From the NCBI RefSeq assembly GCF_000186305.1, contig NW_006536941.1, positions 4,676 to 26,640 on the forward strand: 21,965 nucleotides of DNA. Direction: 5' to 3'. Positions within the stretch are counted from its first letter, which is position 1; every line of letters starts with the position of its first letter. Below the pieces are notes generated by a model. That model was given only the letters and a program-made list of their open reading frames with translations. It did no database searches and was not told the origin of the DNA. The DNA is from Python bivittatus (Eukaryota). The translations under genes and the position numbers were made by a program. Positions 20,460 to 21,965 of this stretch are shown piece by piece.

Positions 20460-20584
20460 CCTCTGCTACAAAGTCTATTATTCTTCCTTTGATTCGAATA
20501 TCTTTAAGAGGAATTGGATTTCCAGCTCTGTCCATGAGACCAGCAGAAATATCATTCAATAGATCACGGCTTGGTATTGAATAA
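20460..20584 (-). CDS. PARP4: PARP4 exon A': linker and start of VIT domain
   Basis: Acceptor ctctcatttag|AT, donor GCAGAG|gtaaaattc. Encodes (D)YSIPSRDLLNDISAGLMDRAGNPIPLKDIRIKGRIIDFVAE. The phase fits exon A (G+AT=D) and exon B. IPLKDIRIKGRIIDFVAE matches the first strand of a VIT domain. Confidence 0.7.
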
Positions 20585-21297
20585 TCTAAATGAGAGAAGT
20601 CAAAGGTAAGCCCAAACTGTAATCAGAGTCTAAGATTAGTGGTCCCTTTACACACCCTGCTCCCTGCCGTTCCTGGACATTTCATCTCTTAGTTTTTCTT
20701 ACCTTGACAGCAGCCTCCTACAACTGTACTTTCTCCTCCCCTAGTACCCCACCTCCCAATTCCCTTTGCCCTCCTTTCTCCCAAGGACTTCATTGTTTAA
20801 ATGTGTGTGTGATGCTAAATGTGGGTGCTTTCTGGACTGTGGGGTGTGAATCTTGGGGTGCTCTGAGGGTAGCAACATGGAGATTGGAAGCCACAAATAG
20901 CCTACAGACAGCTCACTGCTGCTCTAGTGGGAAAACTCCCTCTGTAAATAGGAAAAAAAAAACATATTCAGAGAAAAGCAAATTTAGAGGCTTCCTATAT
21001 TCCAATTAATTCTACGTAACTACTTTCCCTATTTTAAAAAATGTAGAAGAAATAAGGTTTCTTCTACAGGTTTTAGAGATGGGCTCAGAGAATATACTCA
21101 TGATTTTATTTGTGAGGGGGACAAGAGTTAAAATGGATATTTATCATTCAAAGGTCATATCTGGCATATTTCTAGAGTACCAAGCTAGTGTAGATGTATT
21201 TTTATCAAAAGTCTCATAAATAAAAAAATCAGTTTCAGAAAATACCAAGGAAACAGACTCATTGTTGCTGTTTGTAATTTCAAATATTATGTCTCAC

Positions 21298-21454
21298 CTT
21301 TAGGCTGGTCATGATGCTCAAGAGAAAGCATCTGGTCTTCTAATTCAGTCTGAATTATTGGCTGGAATTCTTTTACTTTGTCATTAACACAAGAAAATTG
21401 AACCACATATTTGATCTTCATCTGACTGGTTCTGTACACTACAAATTCGTCATC
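21298..21454 (-). CDS. PARP4: PARP4 exon A: C-terminal end of the PARP catalytic domain
   Basis: Minus-strand acceptor ccaataag|GAT, donor AAAG|gtgagac. Encodes DDEFVVYRTSQMKIKYVVQFSCVNDKVKEFQPIIQTELEDQMLSLEHHDQPK plus 1 nt (phase 1 end). The DEFVVYRTSQMKIKYVVQF segment matches the conserved C-terminal strand of PARP catalytic domains (PARP1 [21 protein letters not shown]). Confidence 0.75.
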
Positions 21455-21840
21455 CTTATTGGAGGAAAGGAAACAGAACATATATTTTAAGAACCTCACT
21501 AGAGCAAAAAGATAGATACATGAGCTGATCCTAAAGGCTTATTCACAACTGCAAAAAAGTCAAGTTAGTTAGGGAAAAGTTCAGAATATTGAAATATTAC
21601 ACCAACTTAGCAAACCGTTGCTTTTCTTATGAATAGGACTTTGGTGAACTGCTTCCAAACAAGCAGTTAATTGAAAGTCCACTGGCCACACAGGACCTTC
21701 AACAAGGCCCATCCCTTCCCCAAGGCTTATTCTCTCATAGGGGTCTGGTTAGAAATAGCACGTGTTAGAGACAGAGGTTAATTTATAATTGTATAATTTA
21801 TAACTGCTGTAAAGAAGATTGGAAGCCATTTGTTTATATC

Positions 21841-21965
21841 TTTCTTTGTATCTTTTTCTTTTTTCTATGTTTCTTCTACCTTTTTTCTTTCTGCACTTTT
21901 AGCTTTTTCTTTTTGTTCTCCTTTCTCTTTCTTTATTTTTTGTTCTGTTTTAGTTTGTATTAGTT
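21841..21965. repeat. third, partial copy of the pyrimidine-rich arm of the 20031-20395 inverted repeat (cut off by the window end)
   Basis: ctttctgcacttttagctttttctttttgttctcctttctctttctttattttttgttctgttttagtttgtattagtt matches the right arm and the reverse complement of the left arm (gcacttttt..., cttagtttgtattagtt). Confidence 0.5.

Noticed and set aside
20119-20562. 147-aa plus-strand ORF (MKREKGKGKKREEEKEK...FFFLYIFFFF...)
   Set aside because: It is a low-complexity read-through of the poly-purine run, the CA/TA microsatellite and the poly-pyrimidine run of the inverted repeat. It has no coding features, and it overlaps PARP4 exon A' on the other strand.
1-21965. Search for a prokaryotic-style novel system (operon, defence island, CRISPR, integron)
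   Set aside because: The sequence is clearly a eukaryotic nuclear gene body. It has canonical GT/GC-AG introns with polypyrimidine tracts, SINE and CR1 LINE repeats, microsatellites, and no long uninterrupted ORFs or Shine-Dalgarno-spaced gene arrays.

Overview
The window is vertebrate nuclear DNA: AT-rich, full of microsatellites, with short exons in long introns and tRNA-derived SINE, CR1-type LINE and other interspersed repeats. The repeat content looks like a squamate reptile, which is my guess. It is not a prokaryotic locus, and I see no operon, CRISPR array or defence system. The main content is the middle of one protein-coding gene on the minus strand. I identify it as the vault poly(ADP-ribose) polymerase (PARP4) because the exons encode, in order, the C-terminal end of a PARP catalytic domain, a VIT domain, a linker and a von Willebrand factor A domain. 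Among vertebrate genes, that domain order is specific to vault PARP. I mapped 15 exons between 21454 and 2561. Twelve have exact splice sites and phases that are consistent with each other. Three in the VIT–vWA linker have ambiguous boundaries, described in the findings. One intron has a textbook GC-AG donor. The introns hold, mostly antisense to the gene: a 5' fragment of a non-LTR retrotransposon with an intact 176-codon ORF followed by the first ~90 codons of an AP-endonuclease; a CR1-like LINE 3' end; a tRNA-derived SINE; a decayed ~1 kb coding relic split into three frames; a large (~145 bp arms) purine/pyrimidine-rich inverted repeat around a CA/TA microsatellite with a third copy at the window edge; and several hairpin, tandem and minisatellite repeats. 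Exon calls rest on my own six-frame reading and on remembered PARP-family sequence, not on a database search.
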